DNA of 23,305 bases from the sequence record DRR723986_6929; one strand, 5' to 3'. How positions within the stretch are numbered: position 1 is the stretch's first letter; each line of letters starts with the position of its first letter. The notes beneath the pieces are model-generated. The model ran no database searches, was not told where the DNA came from, and worked only from the letters and a program-made list of their open reading frames with translations. The translations under genes and the position numbers were made by a program. Positions 7,047-15,290 of the stretch are shown here, piece after piece.

Positions 7047-9130
7047 TGGTCTTTCCCCGCTTGAATGAAGGCGTCCAGGCCTTGCTCAAAACTGTCTTTG
7101 AGCTGCGCTTCCGAGCGCGCGGCCAATTCGTCGTAATATTCGCTGAGGTCCATGTCGGAAAAGTTGAGCGCCTGAAACTCGGCGGGCGTAAAACCGCGAC
7201 ACTCGGGCGTTTTTGGCTCGCCGAAACCATCAAAGTTTTTAAGCTGTTCGCGGCCCTGCTGGTGAATGATCCGGCCAAGTTTGGAGTTGAAACAGCAAAA
7301 GGAACGTGCCTTTTGAATGCACCCAATGAAGGGGATGCGGGCGACACAGTATGTACCGACAAAATGACACATGCCGGAGCTATCCAGGAGCGCGGTCTCA
7401 AAGTCCTGCTGATCACAGCCAAAGCCAAGCAGTTCATTAAACAACAGATACACGCCGGCCCCTATGATGGCGGGGCCGCCTGCCGCCGCCAGTGCCGCTG
7501 TACCTGCGCTCGCCGCACTTGCCGCTGTTGCGCCGCTGGCAAGAGCGCTCACAGCCGCACTGGCGCCGGAAAACACCGCAATAACCGTCGATACGGTCGC
7601 CGCAGCGCCCAACCCGCCAGCGCTATCGGTCAGTATTTCGCCGCGATTTTTACAACAATTCTTGAACAGGGTGAGCAACCCGGGGCGCTGGCAGTCCATG
7701 CCCCGTCCGGTGAAAACCTGCACATCGTTGAGGCATTCGCCGCTCGCATCAATTGTACCGTCGTTGACGTAAGCCACACGCTCCCGCTGCAACTCTTCGA
7801 TAGGCGCGTCGGTTGTGTTAACACATAGTGTATCAGAACACTTACTGACGCCGTCGCCCCCCAGGAAGCATTCATCAACGCCTTCCAACGGGCAAGAGTC
7901 CGGCAGCGGTTCATCGCGGCACTGGCCCGCCACAGTGATTTGCACGCACTCTCCCGGCACCACACGCTGCGAGCATTCGCCCAGCACCCGCTCATCGCGG
8001 CAATCGCCGGGAACAACTTCGCTGCGGCAAGCACCAGGAACGGTGACGTCCCGGCACACTGGCGGCGGATTAATTGTTCTACAGTCGCCGGGCACGGTAA
8101 CCGTGCGGCATGCCCCGGGTGTCACGGTATCTTCGCAAGTCCCTGGCACCTCAACGTTTCGGCACCGGCCCCGCTCAGTAACTTGGCGACACTCACCTTG
8201 CACCGTCACAGTGCGGCACGCACCGGGTACGGTCACATTTTGACAGGCCCCTGGAACCCGAACGTCGCGGCAACTCCCCGGGGTCGTAATATTCCTGCAA
8301 GTGCCGGGTACTGTGACATTGCGGCATGCCCCCGGCACACTGATGGTGCGACAAGCGCCCGGGACAATCTCTGTGGTACATTCGGTGCATGCTCGCGTAT
8401 TTCTGCTGGTGCAGCCTGGTTTTCGCACGGTGGTACAGACCCGCCGGATTGTATCTGCATCGCATACCCGGCGGTTGGTCGTCGGATCGCAAACTCTGGT
8501 GGTTGTGGAGGGGTCGCAGATACGCGTTGTTGTTGCGGGATCGCATTCGCGGCGTGTTGTATCGGGGGCGCACTGGCGCTTTGTGGTCGCGGGATCACAA
8601 ACCCGTCTTGTGGTATTTGGATCGCAAACCCTCCTGGTCCGATCAGGATCACACACCCGGTGAGTTTCCGCAGGCTCGCAAACTCTTGTTGTCGTATCGG
8701 GGTCGCACTCACGGCGAGAGCTATCAGGGTCACATTCTTCGTAAGGTTGGACCGGCGTGCATTCCCGGCGCGATGTATCAGGCTCACAGATACGGCGCGC
8801 CGTATCAGGGTCGCAGCGGCGAACAACTGTATCGGGTTCACATTCATTGATGACCTCGTCAGGTGTGCAGCTGGTCTGCGTCTTATCCGCGTCGCAGACC
8901 TGGTGCACACGGTTTGTGACACATTCAGTGGCGCTCAGCGGACATACGCCGTTATCGCAGTCCGCGATTTCTCCCTCGCCGTCATAGTCACCGTCGCCGT
9001 TGCGGTCGATGCCGCAAAAGGTACGTCCCTGCAATGCTGTCAGGTCCTGGCCGCTGCTCGGGCTAAAGACGGCAACAGCACTCAATAGGAATATGGCTAC
9101 TGCAAGGCTTGTCGAGTGCCGCTGGTACAT
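7043..9130 (-). CDS. traN: TraN C-terminal part (TraN2) with large Cys-periodic repeat insertion
   Basis: TraN C-terminal signature (FTGRGMDC...NCC...GC...GMCHFVGTYC...SFCCFNSKLGRIIHQQGREQL...PECRGFTPAEFQALNFSDMDLSEY). ATG at 9130 has an AGGA RBS and its own signal peptide (MYQRHSTSLAVAIFLLSAVAVFSPSSG). 695 aa. Confidence 0.92.
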   Translation of the reverse strand: MYQRHSTSLAVAIFLLSAVAVFSPSSGQDLTALQGRTFCGIDRNGDGDYDGEGEIADCDNGVCPLSATECVTNRVHQVCDADKTQTSCTPDEVINECEPDTVVRRCDPDTARRICEPDTSRRECTPVQPYEECDPDSSRRECDPDTTTRVCEPAETHRVCDPDRTRRVCDPNTTRRVCDPATTKRQCAPDTTRRECDPATTTRICDPSTTTRVCDPTTNRRVCDADTIRRVCTTVRKPGCTSRNTRACTECTTEIVPGACRTISVPGACRNVTVPGTCRNITTPGSCRDVRVPGACQNVTVPGACRTVTVQGECRQVTERGRCRNVEVPGTCEDTVTPGACRTVTVPGDCRTINPPPVCRDVTVPGACRSEVVPGDCRDERVLGECSQRVVPGECVQITVAGQCRDEPLPDSCPLEGVDECFLGGDGVSKCSDTLCVNTTDAPIEELQRERVAYVNDGTIDASGECLNDVQVFTGRGMDCQRPGLLTLFKNCCKNRGEILTDSAGGLGAAATVSTVIAVFSGASAAVSALASGATAASAASAGTAALAAAGGPAIIGAGVYLLFNELLGFGCDQQDFETALLDSSGMCHFVGTYCVARIPFIGCIQKARSFCCFNSKLGRIIHQQGREQLKNFDGFGEPKTPECRGFTPAEFQALNFSDMDLSEYYDELAARSEAQLKDSFEQGLDAFIQAGKDQ
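7892..8380 (-). repeat. Intragenic 27-bp/9-aa tandem repeat, return arm (C-R-x-V-T-V-P-G-A; 19 Cys, 18 intervals)
   Basis: A Cys codon every 27 nt from 8380 to 7894, read from the translation. Confidence 0.95.
8435..8923 (-). repeat. Intragenic 27-bp/9-aa tandem repeat, outbound arm (C-D-P-x-T-T-R-R-V; 19 Cys, 18 intervals)
   Basis: A Cys codon every 27 nt from 8923 to 8437, read from the translation. Confidence 0.95.
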
Positions 9131-11079
9131 GTCAGGTCCTGTCCCGCTAACCGAAAGGTTTGCATGATCGTGACCGCGTCGTTGAATTCGGTTAGACAAC
9201 CACAGTCGTTCACGATGGTTTCGCCCGGACCAACCGGGCAGACATTCCCTGCACAAGAATGATAAGTATATTTTTTTGTCGTTGGACTTTTCAGGAGCGC
9301 GCCTGCGACGCCGCTCGATGACACTTCAGTGTCGGTTTCATCGATGCTGACTTCGCATATTTTTTCGCAAGCTTCGATGCCGTATTCAGCATCAAAACTA
9401 TAGCTATCGGTATAATTCTGCAGCGTTCCATCGTTGCCAGGCCTCAGATCAGAAAACTGGTCTATGCCGGAATTTGAATAAATATGGGCCGAGCGAGCGA
9501 AATCAAAGCCGCGCGCGCCAGCACTGGACGCCTCACACTCATATGTGCGGTCACGCTGATACCAATCACGGCTGAAGGTTTGTGTGCATTTGGCACCGTA
9601 AAGTGTGCGGGTTTGCGCGATTGGCGTCAGGCCGGTACGGCCTCCCTTTAACCAGGTACGCACACCGTCAACAGTTTCATCCACCAACCTGCACTCTTCG
9701 TTGGAAGCATGAGAGGCACATGTATTGTCGAGTGTTTCCACCAGTTCGCAGCCGGGCCGGTAGCGTATGCGGCCACGGATTTGGCCGCTACCCCGCTTTT
9801 GAACGGCTATTTTGAGTAGCATTCGGTTGGTGCCGTCCCGGAGCGCGTGCCGGAAGCTTCGATTAATCTGAGTTGTTTCCTGATCGTCAATCTGACATTT
9901 GCTCGGGTCTGACACGCCGTTAAAGCCACCAGTTGAAAAAATCGCAGTGCCGTTCAGGCTGATATGGATTTGGTCTTCATAGGTTGCTGAGGTAAGCACA
10001 GCCTCGCTAATTCGCTCCACTTCGCCGACACTCCAGATAATCTCGCGTGTGAATATATTGCAGCCTTTTTTGACCAAATGGTTATCGGTGTCATCACCGA
10101 GCGCAAATTCGAAACAATCGGGATCGCCAGCGCAAGCACCTTCACCGTAGTCGGTTGACGCGGTCACACGGTTGATAATGTCTGCCGGCAAAACCTCCTC
10201 AAGCGTCACTTGCCGTTCAATTTGACAGTCATTCCGGGTTAGTAGGACACCCTCACCCGAAGGTATGTTTGAGACGAGCCCAAAGATAGTATCGCTGGAA
10301 CTTGCAGCGAACGCATCACTTGAAAGGCGCGCGGGTGTTTCGAAATACTCGTGCTGCGCTGCATCCAGTTCCGGCGCGCAGGCGCTGGCATCCTGGCCTG
10401 CAAGCTTGATGATAAAATCCTCCCGGCTCACCGTACTAACCGCATAGCGCGGATCACGTTCCATCAAGGCTCCCGCCATGCCTCCAGCCAAATCGTCAAG
10501 GATGGTTGACCGGTTGGAGAAAGCCAGATTGCCGCCGCAGCTATCATTGACGCAGTAACATCCGGCCAACTCGGCAAGACCAACCTCAATGAGACCAAGT
10601 CGCGTGCTTGCATCCGCTGACCAGCGATAGGAGGCACAGTTATCAAATGTGCCCGCATTGCAAGTGATGATGCCGTTGGCGCACACGCCTGCGACCGGGT
10701 TATCGAAGGCCACATTCCAGTCATAGCGACCATCAAAGTTGGTGTCCTGCTGGACGCTGATCGGTGATAAATCACCGCCGCTGCCAATACCGTAAAATAG
10801 CTCAAGATAACTGTTGGACGCCGGACAGGACAGCCGTTGATTGAAACTGGTTTTGCCGTCAAGCGTGGTAAAGCGACTGCCACTGGTCAGCGGGGCGGTA
10901 AAGTTCCGCTCAAAAGCTTGCTTGTCGCCGAACCGTGCTTTGATTGCATCATAGTTTTGCTGTGCTGCATCCTTTTGAGCATCACTTTCCTGTGCAGATA
11001 AAGTATGGGCAGACAAAATACCGGCACAAACAAAGACCAGTCCAAAGGCCAATGCAAAAGCCGGCGCTACTGCGGGCAT
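9097..11079 (-). CDS. Secreted Cys-rich protein, probable TraN N-terminal part (TraN1)
   Basis: Signal peptide and 25 Cys in the mature region. Occupies the traN position between traU and the TraN C-terminal gene. ATG at 11079 is 1 bp after the traU stop; GTG at 11094 is an alternative. Confidence 0.75.
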   Translation of the reverse strand: MPAVAPAFALAFGLVFVCAGILSAHTLSAQESDAQKDAAQQNYDAIKARFGDKQAFERNFTAPLTSGSRFTTLDGKTSFNQRLSCPASNSYLELFYGIGSGGDLSPISVQQDTNFDGRYDWNVAFDNPVAGVCANGIITCNAGTFDNCASYRWSADASTRLGLIEVGLAELAGCYCVNDSCGGNLAFSNRSTILDDLAGGMAGALMERDPRYAVSTVSREDFIIKLAGQDASACAPELDAAQHEYFETPARLSSDAFAASSSDTIFGLVSNIPSGEGVLLTRNDCQIERQVTLEEVLPADIINRVTASTDYGEGACAGDPDCFEFALGDDTDNHLVKKGCNIFTREIIWSVGEVERISEAVLTSATYEDQIHISLNGTAIFSTGGFNGVSDPSKCQIDDQETTQINRSFRHALRDGTNRMLLKIAVQKRGSGQIRGRIRYRPGCELVETLDNTCASHASNEECRLVDETVDGVRTWLKGGRTGLTPIAQTRTLYGAKCTQTFSRDWYQRDRTYECEASSAGARGFDFARSAHIYSNSGIDQFSDLRPGNDGTLQNYTDSYSFDAEYGIEACEKICEVSIDETDTEVSSSGVAGALLKSPTTKKYTYHSCAGNVCPVGPGETIVNDCGCLTEFNDAVTIMQTFRLAGQDLTCTSGTRQALQ

Positions 11080-11080
11080 G

Positions 11081-12058
11081 TTACGGGGTGACACAGCAAA
11101 ATACCTTTTCAAAAATCTGCCAAGCGTAATTATCTTGGCTAGGTGGATGTTTGAGACTGCTCCACAAGAGACCAGTGCGCCCAATGTTCACGCAGCTTGA
11201 TTGTTTGACCGGGCGCATTTCCTGCATTTTATAGAGCGACTTGGTCCAGATCGGCGCTAAGCGCTCGCCGCAGCCATTCCTCATGCTTTCGCGGGCAAGC
11301 CCGAGCCTTCCTGCGGTAAATATCTGTTTGGCGGCGATGGCGGCATTTGCTTCCACATGATCAGCGCTCGAAGACCGCCCGCCGAGCGGATAGGTCAGGC
11401 CCCACCCGCCCATGCACCAAAAGAGAGCATCAATAGTGCCGCCAGTGTGGCTAACCCCGGCATCTGCAACGCAGGCCAATAGTGCGGCAGGATTGCCGAA
11501 CAAAACCGCTTCAGGATTAATAATTGAGCCAAGCACTTCGTTTTGATAGGTGGGCAACACTTCGGAGATTAGCGCCACGTCGAAACCGCGCGTCTCCAAA
11601 CATGGGATATCCTGAAATAGTCCCAGCATCGCCCATACGGGCGCGATATAAACATGGGTCTGCGCGAAGGTGGTTCCCTGCCGGTGCGTGTTTCGTGTGC
11701 TCCCATGCAACCGGCCATTTTCTGCCAAAATATCAACGCCGAGCGGCATCATACACCCGGGATTTTCCACTGTATCGATCCAGCGATTGGGAGCCCAAAA
11801 ATTAACCCGAATGCCGGGCAGCGGGATGCCAAACGAGCTGGGGCAAAAGCATATGGGCGAGCGCGGATTATCAGCATCCAGCGGCGATTTGGACCCAATG
11901 CTTATACCCGCGATTTGAACCGGGAAAATACACGGCCAGTGCACGCTGGTGAGTGGGTTGATAAAACCCTGATCGCACGGCGACGCTGTTGCCGGTTTTG
12001 GTGCTGACACCGCACCCACAAAAGTCAGAAAACCAATGATGAGAAGCTTTCTAATCAT
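11081..12058 (-). CDS. traU: Conjugal transfer protein TraU
   Basis: FINPLTSVHWPCIFP, PICFCP, FWAP...VENPGC, ACVAD, LFWCMGGWG..YPLGG and terminal CC. GGAGG RBS before ATG 12058. Confidence 0.95.
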   Translation of the reverse strand: MIRKLLIIGFLTFVGAVSAPKPATASPCDQGFINPLTSVHWPCIFPVQIAGISIGSKSPLDADNPRSPICFCPSSFGIPLPGIRVNFWAPNRWIDTVENPGCMMPLGVDILAENGRLHGSTRNTHRQGTTFAQTHVYIAPVWAMLGLFQDIPCLETRGFDVALISEVLPTYQNEVLGSIINPEAVLFGNPAALLACVADAGVSHTGGTIDALFWCMGGWGLTYPLGGRSSSADHVEANAAIAAKQIFTAGRLGLARESMRNGCGERLAPIWTKSLYKMQEMRPVKQSSCVNIGRTGLLWSSLKHPPSQDNYAWQIFEKVFCCVTP

Positions 12059-12716
12059 CATCTCCCTCCGCAGGCCCATCCGGGGTCACTTCGCCCTTCA
12101 TTTCGCCGGCACGGTCAGGGAACGGTACTTCCTCAACAATGAAGTATGTTTTCTCCTGCTCGACAATTGACGGGACAAAACGCAGGTCAAGGCGCTCGCG
12201 CACCCGGTCCTCAAGCTTGAAAATCGGCCGCCCGTACTCCCTCGTGGCTTCAAGTGCATTGCCGCCTGACAAGATGATCATGTCAGCGGTTTCAGCTGTT
12301 GTGATCGCCCACTGGATCTGGTCTTCGGCAACAATAATCAGACGCGATGGCAGCTTTAGATACTCAAGCGGGTTAAAACTATAACCGGCTGGATAAAGCA
12401 CACCGCCGTCTTGGTCGGGAATATCAAAACTAAGCGCGAAGAAAGGCACGACCACCCGGCGTTCATAGATGTTGGCGTCGGGCAAATTTGCAGACTGAAG
12501 CGCCGACCATCCCTCTTCCTTGCCAAAGATTTTGGGGTCAAATTTGGTCTTTGCGATGCGTGCCTCAATTTCAGCGAGAGCGTCTGGTTCAACAATGGGA
12601 TATGTCTGCCCGATCACAGTCCTGTCACCCTGGCGGCCATCTGTCAGCGACATTGACCAGGGCCTATCAACCGCCACCGGGAAGATACTGGCTGATATCA
12701 AGAGTACGGCCATCAT
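12051..12716 (-). CDS. traW: Conjugal transfer protein TraW
   Basis: GQTYPIVEPDAL, DIPDQDGGVLYPAGYSFNPL and LRFVPSIV motifs. traC-traW-traU synteny. Confidence 0.9.
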   Translation of the reverse strand: MMAVLLISASIFPVAVDRPWSMSLTDGRQGDRTVIGQTYPIVEPDALAEIEARIAKTKFDPKIFGKEEGWSALQSANLPDANIYERRVVVPFFALSFDIPDQDGGVLYPAGYSFNPLEYLKLPSRLIIVAEDQIQWAITTAETADMIILSGGNALEATREYGRPIFKLEDRVRERLDLRFVPSIVEQEKTYFIVEEVPFPDRAGEMKGEVTPDGPAEGDDD

Positions 12717-15286
12717 TCCGCTGCCCTCACTTCCTCTGACTTCTTTTTCCCTGACGTCGCCTCACCTGGCTTTGCCCCGCCTGGGGGTGTTAGTCGTTTT
12801 GCCAAAAGCGATTGGTCGGCACCCTCCACCAGCGCCTCAATGGCTTGAGCGGGGGTAAGGCCAACGGCCACAAGCTTGGAGTAGCGCGCCACCTCATCTG
12901 CCGCCGATGTGTTCATCCAGTAGGTATGGGGGTCGACCACAAGCCGCCCGATACCAATCCCGTGCGGACTATCGATAAAAACTTCAGAATAATTGGGTTT
13001 GTTGTTGGTAACCGACTTCAAGAGCTCAAGCGCAAACCCTTCATGATCGATAACCTTTGCAGCGGCGGCGCGACCGTAGGTTTCGCCCTGAAGCAGAAAC
13101 TTGGTGGCGGCGTTATCCCAGATGACCTCGCCGACATCGCCGAACGATCTGAGATCCATCACTGATTGGATGACCGTGCCAATGGCCCCGTTATATTTAC
13201 GCGCTCGCCTATATCCGGCCTCGATCACCGATTTAAAGTTTTTGGCGCGTCCACCCGCCAGATTTTCTTTCAGGAATGCAGCCGCTTCTTCAAACAAAAT
13301 GAAATTCGGCACAGACCGATCGCCCAGATACAAGTCCTGTGTCACTGCATTCATCACCTGCAACACAATCACACCGAACAATTGGGGGAATTGGCGCAGA
13401 CGCTCCAATTCAACAACGACAAAGTCATCCTTTGAGATGTCAAAGGTACTTTTACCGTTAAAGTAGCTGCCATACTCCCCTTCACTGCAAAAGGGCTGAA
13501 GATTAAACGCAAGTGCCCGCGCCCGGTCGATCAAAAACGCGACCTTTGCCTCGTCGAAGGCTTCAATCTGGTCCGGGAAGGTAGCCAGAAATTCACGCGC
13601 TGCATCAACACCAGTGGCACCGCGCCCGGTCTCGATGACCCAGCGGCTGGCCAAGCGAAGGAGATTGAGCGATTCTTCATCCAGATCGCGCCCCGACGCG
13701 CTGGAGCACATGAGACCGAGTGCGGCCGACGCTGTTTGAATACCAAGGTCCAGTTCTTCTTTGTCCCCGGCCTTGAAATCAAAAGGATTGACACAAAGCT
13801 TGGCATCCGCGCCGATATCGAGAAACCTACCGCCCATCAGCGAGCACATCTTCTGGTAGGAATAGCCAATATCAATGATGCGAATTTTCGAGTTTTGCGC
13901 ATAATATTGGTTGGTCAGATAATTGAGGAAGAAAGATTTACCCGCGCCTGATTCCGCAGACACCAGAAAATTCTGGTTATTGTTGCCGGGGTCGAACAGA
14001 TCAACGGTGACAAGCTGACCCTTGCGGCCAACCAGCATGATCGACGGCTTGCCTGCACCCCGGTAATCTCCCTGCACCGGGATGAGATGCGCGAGCGTCG
14101 ATACCGGCGCCATAAAATCCCGGTCAAGGGTTCGCAGGTTATTGCCTTCATCGTAAAACCCGAACGGCAGACTCATGATAAAAAGCGGTTTGCTCAGATA
14201 ACTTTCGTCCTGAACGGCAAAGCCAAGATCATTCCACATACCCTTGGCGCGGCTTACCGCCTCTCGGACCTGATCCTGATCCCAACCAAACACCCACATT
14301 ATGGGGACAAACCTGAGAACCTTCTCGCCGCTCTCGATAACATCACTGATCCACTGAAACTCCTCGGTACGCCGCTCCAGATCACTTGAGAATTTGGCAC
14401 CGCCTTTCTGCAGGCCGGTCACGTGCGCTTTGGTCATAATGTCAGTTTTGGTGGGTTTGAAGAATACGGTCATCGAATAGAGAAACGGCGCAGTGATCTG
14501 CCGGGTATCGTCCATGATCCCCATAATGCCGCCAAAGAGCCGGTTTATCTTTTCCGCTGATACCTGTTTTGGGATCGCTTGCGGGGTGAAGCAACGGGCA
14601 TACTGCGCACCAATCTTCGGGCAGGCACCCTTGAACATATAGGGCTCACCGGCGCCCAAAATCTGTTTTCTCAGTGGCTTGCCGTCTTCGCAAGTACCAT
14701 TTTTGCGCACCCGCATATCGCTAAAGAGCCGGCGCAGAATTGCGAGAAGGCCGTCCGGCCCTTCGGCTGGCACTGATCGAACGCCGAATTTAGCAAGCGA
14801 TTCCCGGATCGACGCAACAACATCCTGATCGAGCGCCCTGCCAGACTTGAGCGCAATGAACACCCGGAAATTCCGCAGTGGAATGCCGCGGAGCTGGCGC
14901 GCACCGCCACTGTTCTCGCGCCAGAATTTGACATAACTTGCAACATTATCCTGGACGACTTTGCGGTTTCGCGTCTTCAGGCTTTGGTAGCTGTCGAGAT
15001 AATCATCAATATAGGGGTCTGCGTAGAGAATGAACTGGAGCTGCGCATCCGCGGGCATATCCATATTCAAGAGCCGTTTGACCGCTGCCAAAATTTGTTC
15101 GCCTGCATAGGCAACTGGCTGAATTTCCCAGAGATGCCCAACCGAACCGTCGGTCAGATTATAGAGCTGGTCTGCTTGGCTGTAGCTTCGGTAGGGCAGA
15201 AAATCGGAGAGCGGCTCACGCTCCAGCATGCCACGCCAGCTTTTCTGGGTATCGCCGCCTTGCCTGCCATATAGAAACTCAAACAC
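12713..15286 (-). CDS. traC: Type IV secretion ATPase TraC (VirB4 family)
   Basis: Walker A AESGAGKS, IIDIGYSY, Walker B ILFEEA, YRRARKYNGA. Likely start is GTG 15286 with an AGGAG RBS; ATG ~15310 is an alternative. Confidence 0.96.
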   Translation of the reverse strand: MFEFLYGRQGGDTQKSWRGMLEREPLSDFLPYRSYSQADQLYNLTDGSVGHLWEIQPVAYAGEQILAAVKRLLNMDMPADAQLQFILYADPYIDDYLDSYQSLKTRNRKVVQDNVASYVKFWRENSGGARQLRGIPLRNFRVFIALKSGRALDQDVVASIRESLAKFGVRSVPAEGPDGLLAILRRLFSDMRVRKNGTCEDGKPLRKQILGAGEPYMFKGACPKIGAQYARCFTPQAIPKQVSAEKINRLFGGIMGIMDDTRQITAPFLYSMTVFFKPTKTDIMTKAHVTGLQKGGAKFSSDLERRTEEFQWISDVIESGEKVLRFVPIMWVFGWDQDQVREAVSRAKGMWNDLGFAVQDESYLSKPLFIMSLPFGFYDEGNNLRTLDRDFMAPVSTLAHLIPVQGDYRGAGKPSIMLVGRKGQLVTVDLFDPGNNNQNFLVSAESGAGKSFFLNYLTNQYYAQNSKIRIIDIGYSYQKMCSLMGGRFLDIGADAKLCVNPFDFKAGDKEELDLGIQTASAALGLMCSSASGRDLDEESLNLLRLASRWVIETGRGATGVDAAREFLATFPDQIEAFDEAKVAFLIDRARALAFNLQPFCSEGEYGSYFNGKSTFDISKDDFVVVELERLRQFPQLFGVIVLQVMNAVTQDLYLGDRSVPNFILFEEAAAFLKENLAGGRAKNFKSVIEAGYRRARKYNGAIGTVIQSVMDLRSFGDVGEVIWDNAATKFLLQGETYGRAAAAKVIDHEGFALELLKSVTNNKPNYSEVFIDSPHGIGIGRLVVDPHTYWMNTSAADEVARYSKLVAVGLTPAQAIEALVEGADQSLLAKRLTPPGGAKPGEATSGKKKSEEVRAAE

Positions 15287-15290
15287 CAGA

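Noticed and set aside
7430-7620. Ala/Gly-rich hydrophobic stretch in TraN2 as a novel toxin or fusion segment
   Set aside because: A hydrophobic, variable segment between the NCC and GC motifs is a normal feature of the TraN C-terminal domain.
7892-8923. 27-bp periodic DNA repeats as a CRISPR array or non-coding VNTR
   Set aside because: There is no constant repeat with unique spacers. Units are degenerate, in frame and conserved at the amino-acid level inside traN2, and no cas genes are present.
7464-9088. Several long alternative-frame and antisense ORFs over traN2 (e.g. 7940..9088 +, 8233..8922 -)
   Set aside because: These are shadow ORFs expected from GC-rich, stop-poor repetitive coding sequence, with no recognisable motifs.
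9097-9256. traN as a frameshifted pseudogene, or TraN2 starting at 9256
   Set aside because: ATG 9130 has an RBS and is followed directly by a clean signal peptide, so the split looks functional. The extra 42 codons are overlap with traN1.
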